Positions 49,778 to 61,101 of a stretch of DNA of 64,000 nt are shown here, piece by piece. Made by a program: the position numbers and the translations under genes. The stretch covers positions 64,674-128,673 of the forward strand of contig CAVTNR010000010.1 in the NCBI GenBank assembly GCA_963736115.1, given 5' to 3'. Source of the DNA: an uncultured bacterium (lineage in GTDB: Bacteria; Zhuqueibacterota; QNDG01; DTFT01). The first letter of the stretch is position 1; the number at the start of each line of letters is the position of its first letter. Below the pieces are notes generated by a model that ran no database searches, had not been told where the DNA came from, and saw nothing but the letters and a program-made list of their open reading frames with translations.

Positions 49778-52213
49778 TCACCGAACCGCGACCCGGACGG
49801 TTTTCAGGCTATTCCCGTCCGAGCTGGTGCCGTACCGGATTTCGTACTCCCCGGGCGTGACGGTCATTTGCCGTCCGGCCCTGTCGTAGAACTCGAACGC
49901 CCGGTACGGCAGTTGGATGACGGCCGCGCCCTTCTTTCCGGCTTTCACTTCAACCCGTTGAAAACCCCTCAGCGTTTTCAGCGGTCCGTCCGCGTCGCCC
50001 GTCTTCCGCACATAGACCTGGACGATTTCGGTTCCGTCCCTTTTGCCGGTATTGGACACGGGCACCGACAGCTCGAGCGTCTCCCCGGTGCCGAGCGTGG
50101 TCCTGTCGACTTTCGCGTCTCCGATCGAAAACTGTGTATAGCTCAAACCGAACCCGAACGGAAAAAGGGCGTCGGACATGAACCGGTAGGTGCGGCCCTT
50201 CATGGAATAGTCCTCGAAATCCGGAAGCTGGTCCGAGCGCTTGTAGAAAGTGACGGGCAGTTTGCCCGAGGGGTTGATGTCTCCGAATAGCGCGTCCGCC
50301 ACGGCCTGTCCGCCTGATTCGCCCGGGTACCACGCCTGGAGGATGGCGTCGCAGGTCTCCGTCTCCGGCGTCAGTGCGATGGCGGAACCGGAGCAATTGA
50401 CGAAAACGACCTTCTTTCCCGCCTGCTTGAGCGCCTTCAGGCAGTTGCGCTGAACCGCGGGAAGCTCGATGTCGGTCCGGTCTCCGCCCTTGAAACCCGG
50501 GAGCGTCACGGGCATTTCCTCGCCTTCCAGCAGAGAGGACAGTCCGCCGACGAACACAACCACGTCCGTGCCGCTGATTTTCCGGAGCAACCCCGAAAAA
50601 TCCACGTCGACTTCCCTGCCGAAATTCAATTCGATGTTGGCCTGCCAGTTGAAAAGCTGGGCGTACCGGATCTCGATTTTATATGTCTTGCCGGCCTCGA
50701 AACGGTAAGGCATTCTCGCCGGAAGCGTGCGCCAGGTGTCATAACGCGACAGGGACTGGCCGTTGATCAGCAGTTCGAAATGCCCGGTCGCGCCGCCCTT
50801 GAACACGAGTTCCTCGTCCGCGGCGGGCGTGAATTCCGTTTCATACCGGGCCGAAAAACCCTCGAGCCTTACGCCGGGCGCGAATTCGTGGTTTCCGGCA
50901 GTGGTCATCTTCATCGGATTGACGATCCACTGGGTGACGACGCTGTCGCCCTTCCATTCGGGATTGTTCCAGTACGTGGCCCTGAAACCCTTCTGTCCGC
51001 CCAGTCCGCATCGGGTGAAAAAGGGTTCCGTCACCTTGTCGTCCACCAGGTCGCATGCCTTGTCAAACAGGATGCGGTCGGCCGGCAGTTTCGAGGCGAT
51101 GCCGTCGAGCACCGTGATCGTCCGGACCGGCGTCCCGTTGTAATTGCCCCACAGCACGGGCTCGTCGTCCGCGTTCGGGCCGATGACCGCCAGCCCGCGG
51201 ATGGACTTCTTCAGCGGCAGAATACCGCCCTTGTTCTGCAGCAGGGTCATGGTTTCACGCGCCATGTCCAGGGCCAGCTGACGGTGCGCCTCGCAGTTCA
51301 CGATCGACATCGGAATACGCGACCAGGGGACGATCGCGTCGTCGTCCATCTCGCCCAGTTCGAACCGGCCCGTCAGAACGCGCGTCAGGCTGGCGTCGAC
51401 GTCCTCTTCGAGGACCAGGCCCTTCGCGACGGCTTCGGGCAGCGTCTGGTAGGGATAGTTCTCCCAGACGCACTCCAGGTCCGTGCCCGCCAGAAGACCC
51501 TTGGATGCCGCGTGCATCGGGCTGGAGGAAACCTTGTGGCTGTTGAAGAAATCCGTGATGGCCCCGCAGTCGGAACCGACGACGTGCTTGAAGCCCCATT
51601 CCTCCCTCAGGATTCTCCTCAGCAGACGGGTGTTGCCGCAGCAGGGCTCGTCGTCCAGGCGCTGGTACGCGCACATCACCTGGCGCACGTCCGCCTCCCG
51701 GACCAGGGCTTTGAATGCCGGCAGATAGGTTTCCCTGAGGTCGCGCGGATCGACGTTGTTGAGGTTGAGCGAATGACGGCTCCACTCGGGGCCGGAATGC
51801 ACCGCGTAATGCTTGGCGCAGGCCAGGAGTTTCCGGTACCGGGCGTCCGGCGGGCCCTGCAGGCCCTTCACCACGGCGACGCCCATGCGGGACATCAGGT
51901 AGGGGTCCTCTCCGTAGGTTTCCTGCCCGCGGCCCCAGCGCGGGTCGCGGAAGATGTTCACGTTCGGCGTCCAGACCGAAAGACTCATGAACCTGCGGTT
52001 TTCCAGGCCCCTCCTCTTCTCGTCATGGTACTTGGCGCGGGTCTCGTCCGAAACGGCGTCGAAAATCCGGTATACCAGGCCGTCGTCGAACGAAGCGGCC
52101 ATGGCGACCGGTTCCGGAAAAACCGTGACGTCTCCGTTATTGGCGAGACCGTGCAATGCCTCGGACCACCAGTTGAACTTGCGGATGCCCAGCCTCGGAA
52201 CGGCCTCGGACAC
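49778..52213 (-). CDS. GH3 glycoside hydrolase with PA14 insert (paralogue of 54983..57571); its N-terminal signal peptide is in another frame
   Basis: Motifs RWGRGQETYGEDPYL, KHYAVHSGPE, VGSDCGAI. PA14 block FRATYWNNPEWKGD...YKIEIRYAQ. As sequenced, the frame opens only at GTG 52213. The ATG at 52397 with SD AAAGGAG encodes MKSIMLRILRKGILPAA.. in a different frame. Confidence 0.85.
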   Translation of the reverse strand: MSEAVPRLGIRKFNWWSEALHGLANNGDVTVFPEPVAMAASFDDGLVYRIFDAVSDETRAKYHDEKRRGLENRRFMSLSVWTPNVNIFRDPRWGRGQETYGEDPYLMSRMGVAVVKGLQGPPDARYRKLLACAKHYAVHSGPEWSRHSLNLNNVDPRDLRETYLPAFKALVREADVRQVMCAYQRLDDEPCCGNTRLLRRILREEWGFKHVVGSDCGAITDFFNSHKVSSSPMHAASKGLLAGTDLECVWENYPYQTLPEAVAKGLVLEEDVDASLTRVLTGRFELGEMDDDAIVPWSRIPMSIVNCEAHRQLALDMARETMTLLQNKGGILPLKKSIRGLAVIGPNADDEPVLWGNYNGTPVRTITVLDGIASKLPADRILFDKACDLVDDKVTEPFFTRCGLGGQKGFRATYWNNPEWKGDSVVTQWIVNPMKMTTAGNHEFAPGVRLEGFSARYETEFTPAADEELVFKGGATGHFELLINGQSLSRYDTWRTLPARMPYRFEAGKTYKIEIRYAQLFNWQANIELNFGREVDVDFSGLLRKISGTDVVVFVGGLSSLLEGEEMPVTLPGFKGGDRTDIELPAVQRNCLKALKQAGKKVVFVNCSGSAIALTPETETCDAILQAWYPGESGGQAVADALFGDINPSGKLPVTFYKRSDQLPDFEDYSMKGRTYRFMSDALFPFGFGLSYTQFSIGDAKVDRTTLGTGETLELSVPVSNTGKRDGTEIVQVYVRKTGDADGPLKTLRGFQRVEVKAGKKGAAVIQLPYRAFEFYDRAGRQMTVTPGEYEIRYGTSSDGNSLKTVRVAVR

Positions 52214-52493
52214 GTCGCACAGCAGGGAGGCTTTCTCGGTCAGGGTCAGGCGGGAAACAAGGTCCCGGGCACGCGCTTCGGAGGACAGATCGGGGTTCTG
52301 ATACGGGTAAGTCTGGGCCTGCGACGCAGCGGCGATCCAGACACACCGCGGCCGGGAGGATTCCCTTGCGGAGGATGCGGAGCATGATCGATTTCATCGG
52401 TTGGACTCCTTTTTGGGGACAACCCTGGGCGCGGCTGAACCGGGCCCTGGACTCGTTTATTTCCGTCATCCGGGACGAATGCGGACCCGGGGA

Positions 52494-54911
52494 TTACAGC
52501 CGCACGACGGTTTTCCTGCCGGAGTATTTCACGGTTTTCGCGTCCTTTCCCGACTCTTCCGTTCCGATGCCGGCTCCCTTCCCGACCCGCACGACGCGGA
52601 ACGTACGCGTTTCGAGCATTCCGGGATAGCGGCCCTTGCGGGCCCCGATGGTCAGTGTGCCCGCGGTATCGTCCCAGCGGAACGGGATTTCCGTGTACAG
52701 ACCCTTTTCGTAATTGTAATTGTCGTTCTCGTCTTCGTACAGGGTGAACCCGCCGTCCGCGCCCGGGTACACCCGTATTTCGAGATCGTCCCATTTTTTC
52801 TCTGTCGCGTACTGCACATCCGGCCCGACTGGCAGAATGGCGCCGGACCGGACGAACAGGGGAATGATGTCGATCGGGGTTTCTTTCATAACGGTCCGGC
52901 CGCCCGTGGATGTCTCTCCGGTCCAGAAATCGATCCAGTTTGTTCCTCCGGGAAGATAAAGCGAGTCGCTTCGGATCGCGCTGAAATCCTCGACGCGGGT
53001 CGTATCCTTTCCGTCGGAGCGTAGCGCCGAATACATCGGCCGGGTCACCGGACAGACAAGAAGCGATTTCCCGAACAGGTACTCATCGTTGATGTCGAGC
53101 GCCCGCGTGTCCCCGGGAAAATCCATCATCAGGGCGCGCATCAGGGTCGATTGGCGTGCCGTCACATCCCATGAGGCCGAATAGATGTAGGGCAGCAGCC
53201 TGTAGCGCAGGCGGATGCTATTCTCGACCGCGTCATACACACGGTCGCCTTTGCGGCCGAATTGCCAGATCTCGCGGGGCGCGTCCGTGCCGTGCGACCG
53301 CATCATGGGGCAGAAGGCCCCGAATTGCATCCATCGGGCGTAGAGCTCCCGGTAATCGGGATCCTCGAGCCGTTTCGGGAAATTCCAGAGAAAGAACCCG
53401 CCGATGTCGCTGTTCCAGTGGGGGATGCCGCACAGCGAGAAATTCAGGCCCGCGGAAATCTGGTTCCGGAGCGCGTCCCATGAGGCGACCACGTCGCCGG
53501 ACCAGGTGTTGGCGGCGTACCGCTGCTGGCCGGCGAATGCCGAGCGGGTCAGGATGAAAACGCGCTTGTCCGAAGTCACGGAACGCTGATGGTCGTAAAC
53601 GCCCCCCACGGCCGCAAGGGGAAAGGCGTTCCGCACGCTCCGGAACGAACCGAGGAAGGTGCGGTTGTCGAAATCCGAGGGTTTGAACTGCAGGTGGTCC
53701 GGATCCGTGGAATCCATCCACCATCCGTCCATTCCGGTCGAGAAAACGCCCTGGTTCAGATATTTCCAGTAGATGTCGCGGCACGCGGGGTGGAAGGGGT
53801 CGTAGACGCGGACCCCGGAGGGATACTCCAGGTTCGGCGGCCATTTTTCCGAGCCGGACTCCGGCCACGTCCAGAAATCCATGAGGCCGCCGATTTTCTC
53901 CATTTCCCGATAGGGCTTGGTCTGGGGCCCGAAGGAGCTCCAGATGGAGATGATGACGTGCGCACTCAGGCCGTGGATGTCGTCCACCATCCGTTTCGGA
54001 TCCGGGAATTCCGGGTTCAGGAATTCCATGGCGTTCCACAGGTAATTGTTGCCCCAGTACTGCCAGTCCTGGATGATGCCGTCCAACGGAACGCCGAGAT
54101 CGCGGTATTTCCGGACCACGCCGACCAGTTCGTCCTGGCTCCTGTACCGCTCCTTGCTCTGCCAGTATCCGTACGTCCACAGGGGGAACATCGGCGCCTG
54201 GCCGGTCAGTTCGCGCATGGCCGCGATCACGCCGTCCGCGCTGCCGCCGTTCATGAAGTAATAGTCGATGCCCTCCCCCACCTCGGAGCGGAAGGACGTC
54301 TCCGCGGGCCCGTCCTCGAACACCGTGGGCGAGGGGTTGTCCCAGTACACGCCGTATCCCCTCACCGACAGGAAGAACGGAACGAAGTCCTCGGTGTTGT
54401 TCTGCACCATGTGCAGCTTCAGGTTCCTCTGGACCATTCGTCCCTGCTGCTGCTGGCCCAGGCCGTAAATGGGCTCGTCCTTTCCGAGCACGAAGGACTG
54501 GCTGACGCGGAGCGTCTTCCGGCCCGCATCGTCGAAATCCTCGAACGCGGCGCCGGAGGGCTTCTCCCGGAAAAGCGGTCCGCCCGCCGCGTCCTGAAAG
54601 GAGACCGTTCCGTCCCCGAGGTCGAGCCGCACCTGCAGGTTTTCGCTCCGCACCGAAACCTGCTGGTCGTCCCTCCGGACCCGGAGGGGCGTCTCTTCCG
54701 GCTCCCGGATCACGGAAAAACTCCTGGAGGAGAAAACCCGGCCTGCCGGCGTTTTTACGACACGAACCGTGGACGGATCGACAAACCGGATCTCCACGTC
54801 CATGGAAGCCACCGTGGCCTGGATGCCGGCCGCGGTTTCGGTGTAGGTGCCCGTTTGTGCGGCCGCGGCCGCAGCCGCGAGCAGCAGGATTGCCGGAATT
54901 CGCTTGTGCAT
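52494..54911 (-). CDS. GH31 alpha-xylosidase/alpha-glucosidase-type hydrolase, secreted
   Basis: Motifs LDGIIQDWQYWG, GMDGWWMDSTDPD, WSGDVVASWDALRNQISAGLNFSLCGIPHWNSDIGGF. Confidence 0.85.
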   Translation of the reverse strand: MHKRIPAILLLAAAAAAAQTGTYTETAAGIQATVASMDVEIRFVDPSTVRVVKTPAGRVFSSRSFSVIREPEETPLRVRRDDQQVSVRSENLQVRLDLGDGTVSFQDAAGGPLFREKPSGAAFEDFDDAGRKTLRVSQSFVLGKDEPIYGLGQQQQGRMVQRNLKLHMVQNNTEDFVPFFLSVRGYGVYWDNPSPTVFEDGPAETSFRSEVGEGIDYYFMNGGSADGVIAAMRELTGQAPMFPLWTYGYWQSKERYRSQDELVGVVRKYRDLGVPLDGIIQDWQYWGNNYLWNAMEFLNPEFPDPKRMVDDIHGLSAHVIISIWSSFGPQTKPYREMEKIGGLMDFWTWPESGSEKWPPNLEYPSGVRVYDPFHPACRDIYWKYLNQGVFSTGMDGWWMDSTDPDHLQFKPSDFDNRTFLGSFRSVRNAFPLAAVGGVYDHQRSVTSDKRVFILTRSAFAGQQRYAANTWSGDVVASWDALRNQISAGLNFSLCGIPHWNSDIGGFFLWNFPKRLEDPDYRELYARWMQFGAFCPMMRSHGTDAPREIWQFGRKGDRVYDAVENSIRLRYRLLPYIYSASWDVTARQSTLMRALMMDFPGDTRALDINDEYLFGKSLLVCPVTRPMYSALRSDGKDTTRVEDFSAIRSDSLYLPGGTNWIDFWTGETSTGGRTVMKETPIDIIPLFVRSGAILPVGPDVQYATEKKWDDLEIRVYPGADGGFTLYEDENDNYNYEKGLYTEIPFRWDDTAGTLTIGARKGRYPGMLETRTFRVVRVGKGAGIGTEESGKDAKTVKYSGRKTVVRL

Positions 54912-54982
54912 GGCGTCATCCCCGATAAAGGTTCGGACACCGGATCAGGCCGCGGTCCGCGGGACTCCGATCCGGGTTCGGC

Positions 54983-57571
54983 TTACAGAATGGTGACCCG
55001 GGCCATTTTCAGGTCCTTCGCGTCCGAGCTGTTGCCGTAAAAGATCTCGTACGGCCCGGGCGTCACGGTCATTTCGCGGCCGGCCCTGTCGTAGAACTCG
55101 AACGCGCGGAACGGCAATTCGATGACCGCCATGCCTTTCTTTCCGGCTTTCACGTCGATGCGCTGGAATCCTCTCAGGGTTTTCAGCGGCCCGTCCGTGT
55201 CATTCCCCTTGCGGATGTATACCTGGACGATCTCGGTTCCGTCCCGCTTGCCGGTGTTGGTCACGGGAACCGTCAGTTCGACGCTTTCGGCGGTGCGGAT
55301 TTCGGTTCCGCTGATCCGGGCCTCTCCGATCGAGAAGGTTGTATAGCTCAGGCCGAACCCGAACGGGAACAGGGCATCGGACATGAACCGGTACGTGCGG
55401 CCCTTCATGGAATAATCCTCGAAATCGGACAATTGCCCGACGTTCTTATAGAAGGTGACCGGCAGTTTGCCCGACGGATTGGTGTCGCCGAACAGCACGT
55501 CGGCCACAGCCGTGCCGCCCGATTCGCCCGGATACCAGGCCTGGAGTATGGCGTCACAGGTCTGCGTTTCCGGAACCAGCCCAATGGCGGACCCCGAGCA
55601 GTTCACGAAAACAACTTTCTTGCCCGCGGCTTTCAGCGCTTTGATGCAGTCCCGCTGAATTTCCGGAAGCTCGATATCCGTGCGGTCCCCGCCCTTGAAA
55701 CCGGGCAGTTCCACCGGCATCTGCTCCCCTTCCAGCATGGAGGAAATGCCGCCCGCGAATACGACCACGTCGATTCCCCTGAGTTTCTCGACCAGGCTGT
55801 CGAACCGGACCGGCTTTTCAATGCCGAAATTCAGGGTCAGACTGGCAGGCCAGGTGCGCAATTGCCTGAAATTGGCCTCGATCCGGTACGATTTGCCTTT
55901 TTCGACCGCCAGGGCAACCCGGTTGAAACGTGATCCCCACCTTCTGTTCTTATAGAGGGTATCCGCGTTGACGAGAATCTCAAGCCCGCCCCGGGCCTCC
56001 ATCTTGAATACAATCTCCCCGGACTCCGCGGGCGTGAAAACCGTTTCGTATTTCCCTGTGAATCCCTGCAGATTCACGCCCGGGCTGAATGCATACGCCC
56101 CGTCCGTGGTCAGCTGGATGGGATGGTCGATCCACTCGACCGCCGCGGGGGTGCCGCTGAATTCCCGGTTGTTCCAGTAGGTCGCCCGGATACCGGGCTT
56201 TCCATCTATGGCGCATGCGCTGATCACGGATTCGACAATCATCTTTTCCGTCAGGTCGCAACCCCGTTCATAGACCACCGTTTCAGCAGGAAGTTTGGCC
56301 TTGATGCCTTCCAGAATGGTGACGGTCCTCACCGGCGTGCCGTTGTAATTGCCCCACAGCATGCGGCCGTTGTCCGCGTTCGGGCCGATCACGGCCAGTT
56401 TCCGGACGGATTTTTTCAGCGGGAGGATGTTACCCCGGTTCTGCAGAAGGGTCATCGTTTCTCTCGCCATATCCAGGCTGAGTTTCTGATGCGCCTCGCA
56501 ATTCATGACCGAATACGGAATCTTCGTCCAGGGCACGAGAGAATCGGCGTCCATCTCCCCCAGTTCGAAGCGTCCGGCCAGAATCCGCTTCAGACTGCGG
56601 TCGACGTCCGCTTCGTCGAGTAATTCCCGCTTCACCGCCTGCGGAATCTGACGGTAGGAGGGGCTGGCGCAGTCGACATCCGTTCCCGCCAGAACGCCTC
56701 TGGCTGCCGCGTGCACCGTGTCCGACGATGTCTTGTGGCTGGTGTAGAAATCGGATATGGCGCCGCAGTCGGACACCACCAGATACTTGAATCCCCACTC
56801 GTCCCGAAGAATCCTCTGGAGAAGCCGGGTGCTCCCGCAGCAGGGCTCGTCGTCCAGCCGCTGGTAGGCGCACATCACCTCCCGCACGCCCGCATTCTGA
56901 ACGAGCGCCTGGAACGCAGGCAGGTAGGTTTCCCTGAGATCCCGCGGATCGACGTTGTTGACGTTGAGCGTGTGTCGGCTCCATTCGGGCCCGGAGTGGA
57001 CTGCGTAGTGCTTGGCGCAGGCCAGGAGTTTTCTGTACCTGGAGTCGGACGGCCCCTGAAGGCCCCGGACCACGGAAAGCCCCATCCGGGTCATCAGGTA
57101 CGGATCTTCTCCGTAGGTTTCCTGGCCCCGTCCCCATCGCGGATCGCGGAAAATGTTGATATTGGGCGTCCACACGGAGAGTCCCAGGAAACGGCGGTTT
57201 TCCTGGCCCCGCCGCTTCATTTCCTGATATTTCGCGCGGACCTCGTCCGACACGGCGCTGAAAACCCGAAGAACCAGCGCGTCGTCGAAAGAGGCCGCCA
57301 TCGCGATGGGCTGGGGGAATACCGTGACGCTGTCGTTGTTGGCCAGGCCGTGCAGGGCCTCGCTCCACCAGTGAAACTTCGCGATGCCCAGCCTGGGGAC
57401 GGCCTCGGACACGTCGCACATCAGAAGCGCTTTTTCATCGAGCGTCAGACGGCCGGTCAGATCCGCGGCCCTCGCCTCAGGGCTCAGATCCGGATTCTGA
57501 TAGGGCAGGATCTGCGCTTTGATCTGAACCGCCAGAACCAGGCACGCGGCAAACAGAATGGCCTTTTTCAT
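54983..57571 (-). CDS. GH3 glycoside hydrolase with PA14 insert, secreted (intact paralogue)
   Basis: MKKAILFAACLVLAVQIKAQILPYQNPDLSPEARA... followed by the same GH3/PA14 motifs as 49778..52213. SD AGGAGA. Confidence 0.9.
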   Translation of the reverse strand: MKKAILFAACLVLAVQIKAQILPYQNPDLSPEARAADLTGRLTLDEKALLMCDVSEAVPRLGIAKFHWWSEALHGLANNDSVTVFPQPIAMAASFDDALVLRVFSAVSDEVRAKYQEMKRRGQENRRFLGLSVWTPNINIFRDPRWGRGQETYGEDPYLMTRMGLSVVRGLQGPSDSRYRKLLACAKHYAVHSGPEWSRHTLNVNNVDPRDLRETYLPAFQALVQNAGVREVMCAYQRLDDEPCCGSTRLLQRILRDEWGFKYLVVSDCGAISDFYTSHKTSSDTVHAAARGVLAGTDVDCASPSYRQIPQAVKRELLDEADVDRSLKRILAGRFELGEMDADSLVPWTKIPYSVMNCEAHQKLSLDMARETMTLLQNRGNILPLKKSVRKLAVIGPNADNGRMLWGNYNGTPVRTVTILEGIKAKLPAETVVYERGCDLTEKMIVESVISACAIDGKPGIRATYWNNREFSGTPAAVEWIDHPIQLTTDGAYAFSPGVNLQGFTGKYETVFTPAESGEIVFKMEARGGLEILVNADTLYKNRRWGSRFNRVALAVEKGKSYRIEANFRQLRTWPASLTLNFGIEKPVRFDSLVEKLRGIDVVVFAGGISSMLEGEQMPVELPGFKGGDRTDIELPEIQRDCIKALKAAGKKVVFVNCSGSAIGLVPETQTCDAILQAWYPGESGGTAVADVLFGDTNPSGKLPVTFYKNVGQLSDFEDYSMKGRTYRFMSDALFPFGFGLSYTTFSIGEARISGTEIRTAESVELTVPVTNTGKRDGTEIVQVYIRKGNDTDGPLKTLRGFQRIDVKAGKKGMAVIELPFRAFEFYDRAGREMTVTPGPYEIFYGNSSDAKDLKMARVTIL

Positions 57572-57610
57572 CTCGGTCTCCTATGCATCATGATCTGATG
57601 ATCCGGACGG

Positions 57611-59551
57611 TCAGAATGTCCGTATGACGAATCCGCCGTGCGGCCGCAGTGTCAGTTCAACCGGCGCCTTCAGGCTGATGGGCTTCTCGATCATTCCGCC
57701 CGAATCCGCGGAATCCGTGATCAGCTTCGCCTTTGGGGAACCGCCCGGCACAGGGAACCGGAAGGATATCGTCCGTTCCTTGTTCTCCCCGTTGATTCCC
57801 GCGATGAACCACCGATTTCCCTTTTTTCTGGCCAGGACGACGTATTCACCCGGAACCCCGTCGATGAATTTCACATCATCCCAGGTTTCCGGAAGGGACC
57901 GCATGTATGCGCGGACGAATTCCTTCTGACCCGCCATGCCTTCCGGCGTCTCGGCGATGTGCTGAATGCCAGAGATGAAGAGCACGGCCGAGGCCGCCTC
58001 GAACCCGCCCGTCGTCCTGCGCTTGATGTTCGGTATGCCGGAAAAGTTCACGGGCGTGAAGTCCATGGGATCGAACAGGTTCCGGGTGAACGGAAGCATC
58101 GTGCAGTGTGAGGGCTGCTGGTCCGCGAAAAACTGGCCGAAGGTGACGTATTCCTCCCCCTTGATCCCCTCCATGCTGACGAGGTTCGGGTAGGTCCTCA
58201 CCCATCCCCTGGGATAGGTCGAACCGTGAAAATTGACCGCAAGGCCGAACGCAGCCGCGTCGATCAGGATGTTCTGATAGTACTTCATCATGGACTGGCC
58301 GTCGCCGCCGAAGAAATCGATCTTGATTCCGGCGATGCCCATGTCCTTCAGCTTCCCGAACTCGGACCGTCTCGATTCTCTCGTCAGCATCTTGTCGCGC
58401 GGCGTGAGCGGCGTCGTGTTCCAGTCTCCGGCCGAGTTGTACCAGAGCAGAATCTTCACGTTTCGCGTCGCTGCGTAATCCGCCAGTTCCTTCATCTTCT
58501 CGTATCCGATTTTCGAATCCCAGAAAGCGTCGATGAGGCAGTACCGCCATTTCATGTCCGCTGCGAAATCAATGAACCGTTTCTGACAGCCGAAAACCGT
58601 GGAGTCGTCCTTCAGGATGACCCAGCTCCACGAGGCCAGACCGGGCTTCAGCCATGCCGAGACGTCGGTTCGGGCCGGAATCGCGAGGTCCGTTCCCAGT
58701 GTGGATTCCACCAGGCCCGCGAGACCCTCGGAGACCGCGATCACGCGCCAGGGCGTGGACCAGGGCAGGACCGATTGCGGCAAGGCCGGTTCGTTTCCGC
58801 GGCATTCCTGCGGCTGGGGAAATTGGACGGTGTATTCGCCGTCCGGGGACAGCTGACTCAGCCGCGTTCCGCAGTAATTCGTGTCCACCGCGGTTTCCGT
58901 GAGGCTGATCCAGATTTTTCCGGAATGGAAAAGCGCGGGCATCACCCATCCCGCCTGGTCCGGCGACGCCGTTCCGACCGGGATGTCCCGCTGATAGTAT
59001 TCCTCGTAGGACGGCTGGGAAAAATTCCATCCCGTCCTGGCGTCCGGGCAGTGCTGGAGAAAAGCTTTCGCGGAAAGATCGAAATGAAAGGAAGTGGTTT
59101 CGCGGAGGATACGGACAGCCGAATCCGTCTGACCCGGAAAATGGTACCTGAAGGCGACGCCGTCATTCGACACCTGAAAGACGACCTGCATCGGCTTTCC
59201 CTGGCCGTTCTTCAGGTGAAAGACGCGCCGGTTGGCCGCATAGGAGCAGTCGAGCCGCTTGCCGTGCGTCAGCGTATACCGGTCGGACACCGCGGCAGGC
59301 GCGGAAACCGAATCAACGGCCAGGCCGGCAGTAAAATCCCCGTCGAGCCGCAGAACCCCCAGCCGTGACGGTTTCAGAACGACCGATCCCGAATGGGAGA
59401 CCGTGTAAACCGGGACTCCGCCTTCGGCAAGGCGGACGTGAACCGCGATTTTTCCGTTCGGGCTGTGGATCGCATCATTCTCCGGCTTGCCGGCTTGCGC
59501 CAGGGAAACCTGCAGCAGGAACATGAGCGCGAGTACGATCATTCTCTTCAT
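57611..59551 (-). CDS. GH97 alpha-glucosidase/alpha-galactosidase-type hydrolase, secreted
   Basis: ORF 57611..59698; ATG at 59551 gives MKRMIVLALMFLLQVSLAQA. Motifs IAGIKIDFFGGDGQ, VNFHGSTYPRGWVRTYPNLVSMEGIKGEEY. Confidence 0.8.
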   Translation of the reverse strand: MKRMIVLALMFLLQVSLAQAGKPENDAIHSPNGKIAVHVRLAEGGVPVYTVSHSGSVVLKPSRLGVLRLDGDFTAGLAVDSVSAPAAVSDRYTLTHGKRLDCSYAANRRVFHLKNGQGKPMQVVFQVSNDGVAFRYHFPGQTDSAVRILRETTSFHFDLSAKAFLQHCPDARTGWNFSQPSYEEYYQRDIPVGTASPDQAGWVMPALFHSGKIWISLTETAVDTNYCGTRLSQLSPDGEYTVQFPQPQECRGNEPALPQSVLPWSTPWRVIAVSEGLAGLVESTLGTDLAIPARTDVSAWLKPGLASWSWVILKDDSTVFGCQKRFIDFAADMKWRYCLIDAFWDSKIGYEKMKELADYAATRNVKILLWYNSAGDWNTTPLTPRDKMLTRESRRSEFGKLKDMGIAGIKIDFFGGDGQSMMKYYQNILIDAAAFGLAVNFHGSTYPRGWVRTYPNLVSMEGIKGEEYVTFGQFFADQQPSHCTMLPFTRNLFDPMDFTPVNFSGIPNIKRRTTGGFEAASAVLFISGIQHIAETPEGMAGQKEFVRAYMRSLPETWDDVKFIDGVPGEYVVLARKKGNRWFIAGINGENKERTISFRFPVPGGSPKAKLITDSADSGGMIEKPISLKAPVELTLRPHGGFVIRTF

Positions 59552-59589
59552 GATGAGTCCGCCTTTTTGGATTGGTTTTCCGCCTGCCA

Positions 59590-60477
<888 letters not shown>

Positions 60478-60520
60478 TTAATCGCATAAGCCGTTAGGCC
60501 GGCCGGAATGCAGTATATAT

Positions 60521-60602
60521 ATCCTGTTACAATTCATTCAGCGGTTTCTTGGATTGATTGATAAACGGCTGGTTCACAAGGCGTTACATCTTGTTACAAA
60601 TC
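60521..60602. promoter_or_regulatory. Pair of 15-nt direct repeats (ATCYTGTTACAAWTC) upstream of the array's first gene; candidate operator
   Basis: ATCCTGTTACAATTC at 60521..60535 and ATCTTGTTACAAATC at 60588..60602 (13 of 15 identical). Each holds the near-palindrome TTGTWACAA. They lie 98-180 nt upstream of the ATG at 60423. Confidence 0.35.
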
Positions 60603-60927
60603 GGATTCCGACCCGGACAACAGAAGATATGATAAACACCCAGAGGATAAAAAAAAAACCAATATTTGCATTTTTTTAACCAAATCACGCAGAGCCTTCG
60701 AACCGGGCTGTTCTATTCCGATGCCTCGGTCCCTTGCCGAATCTGCTCTTTGGGTAAATTAGACATACCGCGGCATGAAATCAAGGGTAATCCAGCCCGG
60801 TGCTTTTCTCGGATCCAGCCGCGATCCGGCTTCACTTCTGTCGCCGGAGCCCTGAGGCGGAGACAGGGTAAGATCGAGCATGAATAGGGCTTGCAATCGC
60901 TTGAAATTGTTGTTATTTTTCCCCCGG

Positions 60928-61010
60928 ATTGAAGCTCCCCGCGGCTTGTATTGAACCCGAAGGCATACGATGGCCTGATCCCGCTTCGCGGGACGGTTGG
61001 GAGCTTCAAT
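60928..61010 (+). repeat. Intergenic repeat family, copy 6, with perfect 12-bp terminal inverted repeats
   Basis: ATTGAAGCTCCC (60928..60939) and GGGAGCTTCAAT (60999..61010) flank TCCCGC-TTC-GCGGGA, the same inner hairpin type as copies 1 and 2. Confidence 0.65.
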
Positions 61011-61101
61011 AACGGCGCCGATCCTTCGGCCTTTTCCGGCTGAAACCGCTTCCCCTGATGCATTTAAAATAAAACCCCCATTCAAGGAAGGAAAACCTGC
61101 G

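Noticed and set aside
52246-52794. 182-aa minus-strand ORF spanning the GH31 3' end and the GH3 upstream region
   Set aside because: It overlaps the GH31 CDS out of frame and its translation is R/G/P-rich. Only its last few codons coincide with the region relevant to the GH3 frameshift.
60690-60925. Possible riboswitch or ncRNA upstream of the beta-barrel/pot genes
   Set aside because: I found no match to the TPP, cobalamin, guanidine or other riboswitch consensus elements I can recall, and no convincing conserved helices by eye. It stays in the findings only as an unexplained stretch and is not called as a feature.
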